Assembly (NCBI GenBank): GCA_036499685.1
Contig: DASYDH010000059.1
Coordinates: forward strand, 23,057-87,056
DNA length: 64,000 nt
Reading direction: 5' to 3'
Origin: Lacunisphaera sp.
GTDB taxonomy: Bacteria; Verrucomicrobiota; Verrucomicrobiia; Opitutales; Opitutaceae
This document shows, one piece after another, positions 1 to 9,122 of the stretch. The stretch's first letter is position 1; each line of letters starts with the position of its first letter. The position numbers and the translations under genes are program-made. Under the pieces are notes generated by a model, which was given only the letters and a program-made list of their open reading frames with translations, ran no database searches and was not told the origin of the DNA.

Positions 1-18
1 GTTGCATTGGGAAGATAA

Positions 19-405
19 ATGGTCGATCCCATCTTCCAGTCCGACACCTACGTTTTGGCCAGAAAGCTTCTGGACGCCGACGTGGTCCGTCAGCAGGCGA
101 TCGCCTCAAATATCGCGAACGCGGAGACGCCAGGCTATCACCGCATCGATGTTTCCCCTGACTTTGCAGAGCAGTTGAAAGCTGAGGTTCAGTCGGGCGA
201 TTTGGCCACGGCTTCCGACTCAATCACCCCGCACCTGGCCGACGATCCCAACGCCAGTTCGGTCCGTCCCGATGGCAACTCGGTTGATATCGAGAAGGAG
301 TTGTTGGCGATGAATCGCAACGTGGTGGACCACCAATATCTCACGGAAGTCGTCACCTATAACATCAAGCAGTTGAAAATGGCCGTCACTGGTCGCTCGT
401 CCTGA
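19..405 (+). CDS. flgB: Flagellar basal-body rod protein FlgB
   Basis: 128 aa; RQQAIASNIANAETPGY, RPDGNSVDIEKE motifs; first gene of the flg/fli run. Confidence 0.95.
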   Translation: MVDPIFQSDTYVLARKLLDADVVRQQAIASNIANAETPGYHRIDVSPDFAEQLKAEVQSGDLATASDSITPHLADDPNASSVRPDGNSVDIEKELLAMNRNVVDHQYLTEVVTYNIKQLKMAVTGRSS

Positions 406-428
406 GCGCTGCCTAATCCCCGAGACCC

Positions 429-848
429 ATGAATCTTATTTCCGGAATTGATGTGAGCGCCAGCGCCTTGACGGCGCAAAAAACCCGGCTCGACGTGGTC
501 GCTCAGAATATTGCGAACGCACAGACGACGCGCACGGCATCGGGTGGTCCTTATCAACGCCAGGTGGTTTCATTTGAGACGGAATTGCTGAAGAGCCAGG
601 GCGCGGAAGGCTCGTCCCTCCAAAGCGTACGCGTGGCGCAGGTCACGACCGATCACACGCCCGGCCAGCAGGTTTATAACCCGCAGCATCCCGATGCCGG
701 CCCCGATGGCATGGTGACCATGCCGAATGTGAATCTTTCCCAGGAAATGGTCGACTTGATCACGGCCTCGCGGACCTACGAGGCAAATTTGTCGGTGGTG
801 AAAAACGCCCGGCAGATGGCGATGCGCACGTTGGATATCGGAAAATAA
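429..848 (+). CDS. flgC: Flagellar basal-body rod protein FlgC
   Basis: 139 aa; AQNIANAQTT, HPDA..G.V.MPNVN..QEMVDLI.ASR.YEAN. Confidence 0.97.
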   Translation: MNLISGIDVSASALTAQKTRLDVVAQNIANAQTTRTASGGPYQRQVVSFETELLKSQGAEGSSLQSVRVAQVTTDHTPGQQVYNPQHPDAGPDGMVTMPNVNLSQEMVDLITASRTYEANLSVVKNARQMAMRTLDIGK

Positions 849-874
849 TTTTCCCGCATTTTTAATTTAATCCC

Positions 875-1213
875 ATGGCACCCCTCGGCCCCATTTCTCC
901 GCTGCTCTCCGGCGCTTCGCCGCTCACGAAGATCGATGCGCCATTGCCCAAGCTGCCAACGGTGCATTTGGGCGCGGCGGGTTCCACGCCGACGGAAGGA
1001 TTCGGCAAAATGCTCGATGGTTTGGTCGCGTCGGTCGATGCGAAGCAGGCCAACGCCAATGCGCTGACCCAGAAGGTGCTTCTCGGCGACTCCGACCAGC
1101 TGCACCAGAGCGTCATCGCGATGCAGGAAGCGGGCGTATCACTTTCCCTGATGGTCGAAGTGCGCAACAAACTCATCGACTCCTATCAGGAACTCATGCG
1201 CATGCAGGCGTGA
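875..1213 (+). CDS. fliE: Flagellar hook-basal body protein FliE
   Basis: 112 aa; C-terminal LH..VIAMQEA..SL.LMVEVRNKLIDSYQELMRMQ. Confidence 0.95.
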   Translation: MAPLGPISPLLSGASPLTKIDAPLPKLPTVHLGAAGSTPTEGFGKMLDGLVASVDAKQANANALTQKVLLGDSDQLHQSVIAMQEAGVSLSLMVEVRNKLIDSYQELMRMQA

Positions 1214-1232
1214 ACCATTTGCGACTTTCTAA

Positions 1233-2846
1233 ATGAACAATTTTGCCAAATCCCTCGTTTCCCTCTGGCGCGAACTCGGCCTCAATCAACGCGTCTCGCT
1301 CATCGTCGCCTCCGTGGCGGTGCTTGGCGGGCTGATCGCCGTGGTGCTGTGGTCCCGCCGCCCGGATTTTCAACTGCTCTACGCGCGCATGAGCGAGAAG
1401 GACGCCGCCGCGGTCATCAGCCAGTTGCAAACGCTCAATATTCCCCACCAAGTCACCGCCGGCGGCACGGCCGTGATGGTGCCATCCGACCAGGTTTACA
1501 AACTCCGCATGGATCTTGCTTCAAAAGGCATTCCGAGCGGCGATGGCGTTGGGTTTGAAATCTTCGACAAGGGCCAGTTCGGTCTCTCGGATTTTGTGCA
1601 GCGCACGAATTACCTTCGCGCAATCCAGGGCGAACTCGCCCGTACGATCACGCAACTGCAGGGAGTTCGCGCCGCGCGCGTGATGATTGTCCAGCCGGAA
1701 AATCGTCTTTTGCTCACCGAGCAGGGTGTGAAGCCGTCGGCTTCCGTTTTCGTCGACGTCGGCGGTTCCCGGCTCGAAACGGAACAGGTTAACGCGATCC
1801 GCAACCTCGTGGCCAACGCCGTGCAGGGCCTCGTGCCCGATGCCGTGGCCGTCGTTGACAATCGCGGTCACGTACTTTCCGACGAATTGAAACAGGATCC
1901 GGCGCTCAGCACCGCGTCGAGCCAGATGAAATATCGCGAACAGGTTGAAGATTATCTTTCCAAGAAAGTGGAATCGATGCTCGCCCAGGTGATCGGACCG
2001 GGCAACGCGGTGGTTCGGGTTTCGGCCGAGATCGACTCGGAAGCGACGACCTCCACGCAGGAGAAATACGATCCGGATGGCCAGGTCGTGCGCTCGCAGA
2101 CGATCACCGAGGACGTGACCAACTCCTCCGAACAGCGGGCCAACGGCGGTGCGGTCGGCGTGAGCGCAAATACGCCCGACAAAGCGATTGCTGACGCAGG
2201 TCCACGCCCAACTTCGTCGACCGAGCAGGATCGCAAAAACCGCACGACGACTTACGAAATCAACCGCGTCACGACGAATACCGTCCGTAATCCCGGTACG
2301 GTTAAAAATCTTACGGCGGCGGTCTTTATCGCCCAGCGTCCGTCCGTCGCCGCTGCCGCTCCCGCCACGCCCGGCGCTCCCGCCACCGAGCCAGTGGCGG
2401 TCAAACGTACACCCGAGGAACTGAATTCCCTGCGCCAAATCGTCATCAATGCCCTCGGCCTGAAACCCGCGCCCGGCCAATCGCTGGACGCCCTTGTTTC
2501 CCTGCAGGAAGTTCCTTTCCAAGTCGCCGAACGCCTGCCGGCGCAGATCGAGGCCATTCGCACCGAGAATCGTTGGATGGGGTGGGTCGAAGCTTCGAGT
2601 CATTGGGGCGCGGTGGTCACGGCTCTCGCGGTGCTCGCTTTCTTCATGCGCATGTTGTCGAAACAAAAACCCGAGCCGGTCCCGGTCGAGGTTCTCTCGA
2701 TGCCCGCTGATTCCATGAATCGCACGTTGCAAAATGGCGGCACCGGCGTGACGCCGGAAATGTTGAATCAATTGATCCGCCACAAGCCCGCCAATATCGG
2801 CGCCGCGCTGCGTGACTGGGTCGCCACGCCAGCAAGCAAGAACTGA
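1233..2846 (+). CDS. fliF: Flagellar MS-ring protein FliF
   Basis: 537 aa; two TM segments; GVGFEIFDK..FG.SDF.Q..NYLRAIQGELARTI; ARV.IV.PE. Confidence 0.97.
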   Translation: MNNFAKSLVSLWRELGLNQRVSLIVASVAVLGGLIAVVLWSRRPDFQLLYARMSEKDAAAVISQLQTLNIPHQVTAGGTAVMVPSDQVYKLRMDLASKGIPSGDGVGFEIFDKGQFGLSDFVQRTNYLRAIQGELARTITQLQGVRAARVMIVQPENRLLLTEQGVKPSASVFVDVGGSRLETEQVNAIRNLVANAVQGLVPDAVAVVDNRGHVLSDELKQDPALSTASSQMKYREQVEDYLSKKVESMLAQVIGPGNAVVRVSAEIDSEATTSTQEKYDPDGQVVRSQTITEDVTNSSEQRANGGAVGVSANTPDKAIADAGPRPTSSTEQDRKNRTTTYEINRVTTNTVRNPGTVKNLTAAVFIAQRPSVAAAAPATPGAPATEPVAVKRTPEELNSLRQIVINALGLKPAPGQSLDALVSLQEVPFQVAERLPAQIEAIRTENRWMGWVEASSHWGAVVTALAVLAFFMRMLSKQKPEPVPVEVLSMPADSMNRTLQNGGTGVTPEMLNQLIRHKPANIGAALRDWVATPASKN

Positions 2847-2854
2847 GGTTCACC

Positions 2855-3874
2855 ATGGCAGACATCGACTATTCCAAACTTTCCCGGCAGCAGAAACTGG
2901 CGATTTTCCTCATCGTGGTTGGTCCCGACGCGGCCGCCGAGGTGTTGAAGCATCTGGACGACGCGACAATCGAACTGCTATGCCGCGAGATGTCGACGTT
3001 CCCGATGATTCCCGAAGCTGTGCAGAAGCAGGCAACGGAGGAATTTGGCAGCATCGTCGCCCAAAGCGTGAATTCAGCGCTCGGCGGCCTGCCTTACGCG
3101 CAGCGCACGCTCGAAATTGCCAAGGGCGATTACAAGGCGTCTGCGATCATCGGTCGCGTTGGCCCGGTCGGTACTTCCGTTGAGGTTATCAAGGACATCA
3201 GCGAAATGGAAGGACGGCAGATCTATAATCTCATCAAATCCGAGCAGCCACAGACGATTTCATTCCTGCTCTCTTATCTCGACACCGAAAAGGCGACCGC
3301 CGTCTTCACGCTGCTCAGTCCGGAATTGCGTGAGGAAGTGGTGGAGCGTCTCGGCACGATCGAGTCCACGTCGCTCGATCTGGTTTCCAAAATCGTTCGT
3401 TCACTCGGAAAGCATTTCGATACGAAGGTGCGTCCGGCGTTTCATCGCAGCGGCGGCGTCCGTGCGGTGGCCGACTTGCTCAACGAACTCGACAAGGACA
3501 TGTCGAAGACGCTGCTCACGCGGCTCGAGGAGCGGAACGCCCAGCTTGGCGCCGCGATTCGCAAGAAGATGTTCAGCTTCGAGGATCTCAACCGTCTCCA
3601 GGCGGCGGACCTGCAGCGCGTCCTGCGCGAGGTCGATTCGGCCAATCTGGCGGTTTCGATGAAATCCGCGAGCGAAGCGCTGCGCGAAAAAATTTACGCC
3701 TCCATTTCCAAGCGCGCCGCCGAAAGTTTGCGCGAGGAAATCGACCTGCTCGGGCCGGTTCGTCTCAAGGACGTCGAGACGGGTCAGGACGCCATCATCC
3801 AGGTGGTCCGCCGTCTCGAGGAAGAAGGCGCCATCACCCTCGATTCCGACGGAGCCGAAAGCCTCGTCGCCTGA
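2855..3874 (+). CDS. fliG: Flagellar motor switch protein FliG
   Basis: 339 aa; KLAIFLI, EQPQTIS..LSYL, GGV.AVA..LN, KMFSFEDL, GPVRL.DVE.AQ..I. Confidence 0.97.
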   Translation: MADIDYSKLSRQQKLAIFLIVVGPDAAAEVLKHLDDATIELLCREMSTFPMIPEAVQKQATEEFGSIVAQSVNSALGGLPYAQRTLEIAKGDYKASAIIGRVGPVGTSVEVIKDISEMEGRQIYNLIKSEQPQTISFLLSYLDTEKATAVFTLLSPELREEVVERLGTIESTSLDLVSKIVRSLGKHFDTKVRPAFHRSGGVRAVADLLNELDKDMSKTLLTRLEERNAQLGAAIRKKMFSFEDLNRLQAADLQRVLREVDSANLAVSMKSASEALREKIYASISKRAAESLREEIDLLGPVRLKDVETGQDAIIQVVRRLEEEGAITLDSDGAESLVA

Positions 3875-3879
3875 TTTTC

Positions 3880-4461
3880 ATGGTTCACAGCAAACTCATT
3901 CCTTTCGATCGTCCGCTCGTCGGCGCCGTGACACCCGGCCGGGCTGGACGTCTTTACACCGAAGCCGAATTCAACGCCCACGGTGAAGCAAGTTACCGGC
4001 GCGGCGTGGACAGCGCGCGTTCTTTGGCCGACCAGCAAATGGTCGATATTCGCGCTGAGGTCGCTCACTTGAGCAGTGGCGTCCTTCCGCAAATCTCCCA
4101 TCTCGAGGTGGGACTGATGAAACAACTGCACGATGCGCTTCCCGCGCTCGCGCTAGATATTGCGAAACATCTGCTCGCCGGATACGAGCCATCCGCTGAA
4201 GTGGTTGAACGCCTTTGCCGTGATGCGCTTGATCAACTTTTTCCGGAAAGGGAAAATCTTGAACTGGTGCTCAGCACGCGTGACGCCGAGCTCTTTCACC
4301 AGCTGAATCCAGGCTGGCTCGAGCGTTATCCCGGTTTGAAGATCAAATCGGACCCGACTTTTACCGCCGGCGATTGCCAGGTACGCAGCCGTTTCGGCCT
4401 CACCGACGGACGCCAGCAAACCAAGCTCGATGCGCTTTCCCGCGCATTTGCCGTGGCATGA
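3880..4461 (+). CDS. fliH: Flagellar export protein FliH
   Basis: 193 aa between fliG and fliI; Y..G helix; C-terminal DP....GDC.V.S.FG..DG. Confidence 0.85.
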   Translation: MVHSKLIPFDRPLVGAVTPGRAGRLYTEAEFNAHGEASYRRGVDSARSLADQQMVDIRAEVAHLSSGVLPQISHLEVGLMKQLHDALPALALDIAKHLLAGYEPSAEVVERLCRDALDQLFPERENLELVLSTRDAELFHQLNPGWLERYPGLKIKSDPTFTAGDCQVRSRFGLTDGRQQTKLDALSRAFAVA

Positions 4462-5783
4462 ACGTTACCGTCTCACCGCTGATCGACGCCATCCGCACGC
4501 AGGTGCGGCACCTGCCGACCGTGCAACGATTGGGCACGGTCACGGCGGTAACCGGATTGATCATTGAGTCCGACGGACCAAACGTCGGGCTGGGGGAGTT
4601 GTGCTTGTTGCGTTCGCCGCGGGCGGATTTTTCCGTCCAAGCGGAGGTGGTTGGTTTTCGTGAACATCGCGTATTGCTGATGCCGCTCGGCGAAACCGCC
4701 GGTTTGCACGTCGGATGCGAAGTGGCCGCGATGGAGCGTCCGCCGCTGCCCAAGCCCGGTCCCGAAATGCTCGGACGGGTCCTCGACGCGCTCGGTCGTC
4801 CATTTGACGGGTTTGGCATGCTGTCGGTTGAGCAAAGTGACGCGAGCACCGGCACGCCGCCGCATCCGTTGCGTCGCCAGAGAATCACGACTCCCTTCCC
4901 AACCGGCGTTCGTGCCATCGATGCATTCGTGCCGATCGGCCGCGGCCAGCGTCTCGGACTCTTTGCCGGTTCCGGTGTCGGTAAATCCACCCTGCTCGGG
5001 ATGATCGCCCGCAACTCACAGGCTGACGTTGTCGTGGTCGCGCTCGTGGGTGAACGTGGCCGTGAGGTCCGCGAATTCCTGGAAAAAGATTTGGGTACCG
5101 ACGGCATGAAGCGATCGATCGTGGTGGTCGCAACGTCGGACCAACCCGCGCCGCTGCGGTTGCGCGCCGCCTTTACCGCGACGTCGATCGCCGAGGCGTG
5201 GCGTAACCAGGGAAAGAATGTCTTGTTGCTGATGGATTCGGTGACGCGTTTTGCGATGGCGCAACGCGAGATCGGCCTCGCCATCGGCGAACCGCCGGCG
5301 ACGCGCGGCTACACGCCATCGGTTTTTGCGATGCTCCCGCGTTTGCTTGAACGTTCCGGTGCGGGTGAATCGGGCGCGATTACCGCGATCTACACCGTGC
5401 TCGTGGAAGGCGACGACATGAACGAGCCGGTGGCCGACGCCGTGCGCGGTATTCTCGACGGACACTTGGTGCTTTCGCGCCATCTTGCGCATTTCAACCA
5501 TTACCCGGCAATTGACGTACTGGAAAGCGTCAGCCGTCTGACCCGTGATATTTGCACGCCCGAGGAAGTTGCGCTCGCGGCGAAAGCACGCGAACACCTC
5601 GCACTCTACCGGAAAAATGAGGATCTCATTTCAATCGGTGCTTACCAGAAGGGCGCCAATGCGGCGCTGGACCAGGCCATTGCGCTGCATGACCCGTTGG
5701 GAAAATTCGCCCGTCAATCGGTGAACGATCACACGGCCCGTGCCCAGTTGTTCACGCACCTTAAACAAATCGTTGGCGCATGA
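4458..5783 (+). CDS. fliI: Flagellar export ATPase FliI
   Basis: Walker A AGSGVGKS, GERGREV, LLMDSVTRFA. Start moved to ATG 4458, which overlaps the fliH stop (ATGA). Confidence 0.97.
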   Translation: MNVTVSPLIDAIRTQVRHLPTVQRLGTVTAVTGLIIESDGPNVGLGELCLLRSPRADFSVQAEVVGFREHRVLLMPLGETAGLHVGCEVAAMERPPLPKPGPEMLGRVLDALGRPFDGFGMLSVEQSDASTGTPPHPLRRQRITTPFPTGVRAIDAFVPIGRGQRLGLFAGSGVGKSTLLGMIARNSQADVVVVALVGERGREVREFLEKDLGTDGMKRSIVVVATSDQPAPLRLRAAFTATSIAEAWRNQGKNVLLLMDSVTRFAMAQREIGLAIGEPPATRGYTPSVFAMLPRLLERSGAGESGAITAIYTVLVEGDDMNEPVADAVRGILDGHLVLSRHLAHFNHYPAIDVLESVSRLTRDICTPEEVALAAKAREHLALYRKNEDLISIGAYQKGANAALDQAIALHDPLGKFARQSVNDHTARAQLFTHLKQIVGA

Positions 5784-6247
5784 AAAAATTCCGCTTTCCC
5801 CTCCGTCCCGTGGCGATTCTGCGCGAGCATCATCAGGCGCGCACCCGCGAGGCTTTTGCCGCGACCGTCCGCGCGTTTGCCGATGCAGGATCCCAGTTGG
5901 ATCGGAAACGGGAGGAGCGCTGTGAAGTTGAAGCGCTGATGCAGAACGGCCGGCGTGCGATCTTCCGCGCGGCGGATGAAATTTCACTGTGGGCCGCCTA
6001 TCGCCGTATTTGCGACGCCGAGAAGCAAGCCGAGCAGAACGTGCTGGCCGCCCGCGCGGCGATGGAGGAGAGCCGCCAGAAATATCTTGAGGCGCACCGG
6101 GCGGTGAAGGTCGTCGAAAATCTTGAACAAAAAGCCCGCACTGAACACCGGCGTGGGATTGAGCGCGAGGCGCAGCTTGAAAGCGATGAACTCGCCGGGC
6201 TCCGCGTTGGACGCCGGCTTGCCGCCGCCACTGTTTCCACGACATGA
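5780..6247 (+). CDS. fliJ: Flagellar export chaperone FliJ
   Basis: 155 aa coiled coil starting MKKFRFPL..V...RE; ATGA overlap with fliI. Confidence 0.88.
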   Translation: MKKFRFPLRPVAILREHHQARTREAFAATVRAFADAGSQLDRKREERCEVEALMQNGRRAIFRAADEISLWAAYRRICDAEKQAEQNVLAARAAMEESRQKYLEAHRAVKVVENLEQKARTEHRRGIEREAQLESDELAGLRVGRRLAAATVSTT

Positions 6248-6864
6248 AAAAACTGACCAGTCCCCTCGTTGCGGCCATTCTCGGAGTTGTCCTGGGTCTG
6301 GGCACCGGGCTGTTTACTTTTTATCGCGCCGCCAGGGTTGCCTATGATCGCGCCATCAGCCTCGTGCCCCACAAGGACAAGTTGATTAACGATGAACGCG
6401 AACGTGGTTGGAATTTCTGGACGATCGAGATCGAATCGCTGGCCAACGAGTTAAAGGAAGAGCGCGACCACGTGCGGAAGCAAAGCGAACAAGTCGACCG
6501 CCGGGAGGCGCAGCTGGCGTCGGAGCGTCTGGAACTGAACAAAGTGCGCACGGAGCTGGAAGGCATTCGCCAGGAAATCGCGTCCAAGATCATCGAGATC
6601 AATGCGGACGAGAGTAAAAACATTCGCACGCTGGCAAAAACTTACGCTGATCTTCCGCCCAAGGCCGCGGTCGCGATCATTCGTGAAATGGACGACCGGA
6701 CGGTCGTCAAAATCCTTTCGGCCATGAAGTCCGATGGCGTAACCGCGATTTTCGAGGAAATGAGTCACACTCCGATCCCCGATGGTTCGCTGGCCAAGCG
6801 CGCCGCTACTTTGTCCGATCAACTTCGTCTCGTTAAATCCACCAGGACCGCTTCGAGCCCTTAA
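6244..6864 (+). CDS. MotE/FlbB/YlxF-like protein (N-terminal TM, coiled coil, MgtE_N-like C-terminus)
   Basis: 206 aa; LAKTYADLPPKAAVAII.EMD...VKIL.AMK...V.AIFEEM; lies between fliJ and fliK as ylxF/flbB do. Confidence 0.75.
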   Translation: MKKLTSPLVAAILGVVLGLGTGLFTFYRAARVAYDRAISLVPHKDKLINDERERGWNFWTIEIESLANELKEERDHVRKQSEQVDRREAQLASERLELNKVRTELEGIRQEIASKIIEINADESKNIRTLAKTYADLPPKAAVAIIREMDDRTVVKILSAMKSDGVTAIFEEMSHTPIPDGSLAKRAATLSDQLRLVKSTRTASSP

Positions 6865-6917
6865 TTTCCAGTCACTGCCGCCCACGGATCGGGTGGTGAA
6901 TTTTCCAAGGAAGGAAA

Positions 6918-8618
6918 ATGGTTCACATGCAACTTTCCCTTCCTTCCATCCCTTCGTCCACCCCCGTCGCATCCAAACCTGGTTGTGCAAAAAATTCATC
7001 GACGCCCACTGTACCCGCCGACTCGGCGGATGCTGCGGCCGACTCGTTCGATTCTCTTTTGCCCAAGAACCGTCCCGCTGGCAAACCGGCCAAGGCTGCT
7101 GACGACAAATCCGATTCCGACACTGAACAAAACGCGGCGGTTTTAACCGCAGGTTTCTGGATGCCGATGGTTGCACCCGTTGCGCCGACTCCTGATCCGG
7201 CCACTTCACTAGGCACGGCGTCGGCCAGTGCCGGATGTGCGACGGGTTCTACCGGCGCAGCTCTCGCTGACGGTTCCGCAACAGGCGCGGGTCTGTTCCC
7301 ATCGACGAATCCCCGGGCTTTTGGCACCGTGATTCAATCGAGAATTCAATCGATGACGTCACCGGCAGGTTCAGACCCGGAAACAGTTGTTTCCGCCGTG
7401 TCTGATCCAACCACTGCGGCCACCACGACACCGGCGGCAATGATGCCGGCGATGGCTGCGGCTGATGCTGCTGGTTCTCAACTGCTGGCGCAGGCGGTGG
7501 GAGTTCCAGTCGGTGTGCCAATGCAGATTCCGGGTACTGTGCCGATGCCGGCGAAGAGGTCTGGCGCCACCACCTCGGCAATTTCAACCGGTAAATCGAC
7601 GAGTACTGAAACGGGATCGTTGAGTAACTCCGAACGGGGGACTGCAGGAGTGTCTGACGTCACCACGGCGGTGGTTCAGGTCCCGGACCCAAAGCATTCT
7701 GATCCCGACGCTCAGTCGGCTGGATCGGCGGACGTTGCGTCCACGATTCCTTCGAAGGAGGAGACAGAATTAAGCGCAAGTTTCGGTTCTGAAGTGGCGA
7801 AAGCGGCGACCACACTTGTGGGCGGCGTTGCACGTAAGTTGACGAATTCTGTTCAGGAAAAAATTGCCGGTTTAACGGATGCGTCTCCTCAATCCGCAAA
7901 AAACCAATTCGCTGTTGCTGAAAAATACTTTTTAAACACTGCACAAAAGGGAGTTGCAACAGCAGGTCCGGCTCTTGGCACTGACGTTGCTAAAGTGAAT
8001 GCCACCATGGCCGCCGCGACCGCTCCCGCCCGACAGAAGTCCGATTCAACGAATGAATCGACGACCTCTTTTGTGTTTTCGGCTGAGCAGGCGCCCACGG
8101 CAACTCTCACGCTCGATGCCCCGGCACCGGTGGCGACGGTGCGTGAAACCATGGCTGCGGTCATTTCCGCGGTCGACGCCTTGGAACGGCGGGCGGACGT
8201 CCAGCAGAAATCCGTCGATCTTCAATTTAACGTGGGTAACGAAAAGCTCGGCCTTCGCGTCGAGCTGCGCGACGGCACGGTGCATACCACGTTTCAGACC
8301 GAATCCCCCGAGATGAATAGTGCGCTTAGCCGCGAATGGCATGAGGTGGTGCAACCGGCGCTTGCTCGTGAAATTCACCTCGCTGAACCAGTCTTTCATT
8401 CCCCTTCCACGTCCGGCAACGCGGTCCCCGCGGCCGGTTCGGATTCTGCCGCAACCGCGTTCGGCCACGGCGCGCAACAACAGCGGGAACAGCCCAAGGC
8501 GCCGCCTACTTTTGCTTCGGCTCTTAAAACCGAATTCTACGAACCCGCTTCACCCGAAGCTGCGCCGGCCGTCGCTCCGGTTTCCAACTCCTCGCAATTG
8601 CTCAACGCCTTAGCCTGA
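6918..8618 (+). CDS. fliK: Flagellar hook-length control protein FliK-like
   Basis: 566 aa; A/T/S/P-rich low-complexity N-region; C-terminal T3S4-like LQFNV..EKLGLRVELRDG.VHTTFQTESPEM; directly upstream of flgD. Start may be 6918 or 6927. Confidence 0.75.
   Translation: MVHMQLSLPSIPSSTPVASKPGCAKNSSTPTVPADSADAAADSFDSLLPKNRPAGKPAKAADDKSDSDTEQNAAVLTAGFWMPMVAPVAPTPDPATSLGTASASAGCATGSTGAALADGSATGAGLFPSTNPRAFGTVIQSRIQSMTSPAGSDPETVVSAVSDPTTAATTTPAAMMPAMAAADAAGSQLLAQAVGVPVGVPMQIPGTVPMPAKRSGATTSAISTGKSTSTETGSLSNSERGTAGVSDVTTAVVQVPDPKHSDPDAQSAGSADVASTIPSKEETELSASFGSEVAKAATTLVGGVARKLTNSVQEKIAGLTDASPQSAKNQFAVAEKYFLNTAQKGVATAGPALGTDVAKVNATMAAATAPARQKSDSTNESTTSFVFSAEQAPTATLTLDAPAPVATVRETMAAVISAVDALERRADVQQKSVDLQFNVGNEKLGLRVELRDGTVHTTFQTESPEMNSALSREWHEVVQPALAREIHLAEPVFHSPSTSGNAVPAAGSDSAATAFGHGAQQQREQPKAPPTFASALKTEFYEPASPEAAPAVAPVSNSSQLLNALA
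7975..7991 (+). promoter_or_regulatory. Putative sigma54 (-24/-12) promoter internal to fliK
   Basis: TTGGCAC-TGACG-TTGCT matches YTGGCAC-N5-TTGCW; in-frame GCCACC-ATG at 8007; A/T tract 7919-7937; imperfect dyad CAGGAA-AAAA-TTGCCG at 7854-7869. Confidence 0.7.
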
Positions 8619-8625
8619 TACCACC

Positions 8626-9102
8626 ATGACTGTTAATTCTGTAGCTGCCCCCATCGATCCGGCGATCTCCACGCCGGTTACCTCCACCGGTCCACAGGCC
8701 CTTGGTTCCGCGGATTTCATGAAGCTTCTTGCGGTCCAATTCCAGTCTCAAGACCCGATGCAGCCCATGGATGACACCGCATTTATTGCCCAGATGGCGC
8801 AATTCACCTCCCTCTCGCAAACGCAGACGATGACGGCGGAAATGGTGAAAATGGATTCCAGCCAGCAGCTCGCCTCCGCCAACAGTTTCCTCGGGAAGCA
8901 AGTGGTGGTCGACAACGGTCAGGGCGGTACCGATTCCGGCACGGTCAGCGGGGTCCAAGTCGATCCGACCAATGGGCCGCAACTCATCATCGGCAACAAT
9001 GCTTATTCAATGTCGTCCGTGCTGTACGTTCAGCCGGTCCCCGATTCCACCTCTACGTCCACCACCACGCCAGCAGCCGCGACCACAAGTAGCGGATCCT
9101 AA
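8626..9102 (+). CDS. flgD: Flagellar hook capping protein FlgD
   Basis: 158 aa; LG..DFMKLLAVQFQSQDPMQPMDDTAFIAQMAQFTSL. Confidence 0.95.
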   Translation: MTVNSVAAPIDPAISTPVTSTGPQALGSADFMKLLAVQFQSQDPMQPMDDTAFIAQMAQFTSLSQTQTMTAEMVKMDSSQQLASANSFLGKQVVVDNGQGGTDSGTVSGVQVDPTNGPQLIIGNNAYSMSSVLYVQPVPDSTSTSTTTPAAATTSSGS

Positions 9103-9122
9103 ACCTCAACTCATCCATCCAT

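Noticed and set aside
1521-2783. Long antisense or overlapping ORFs (1521-2783 -, 4400-5284 -, 9126-9929 -, 14627-15409 +, 15483-16253 +, 55059-56816 +, 62339-63391 -)
   Set aside because: They lie opposite or within well-supported genes, have no recognisable motifs, and are expected shadow ORFs in high-GC coding DNA
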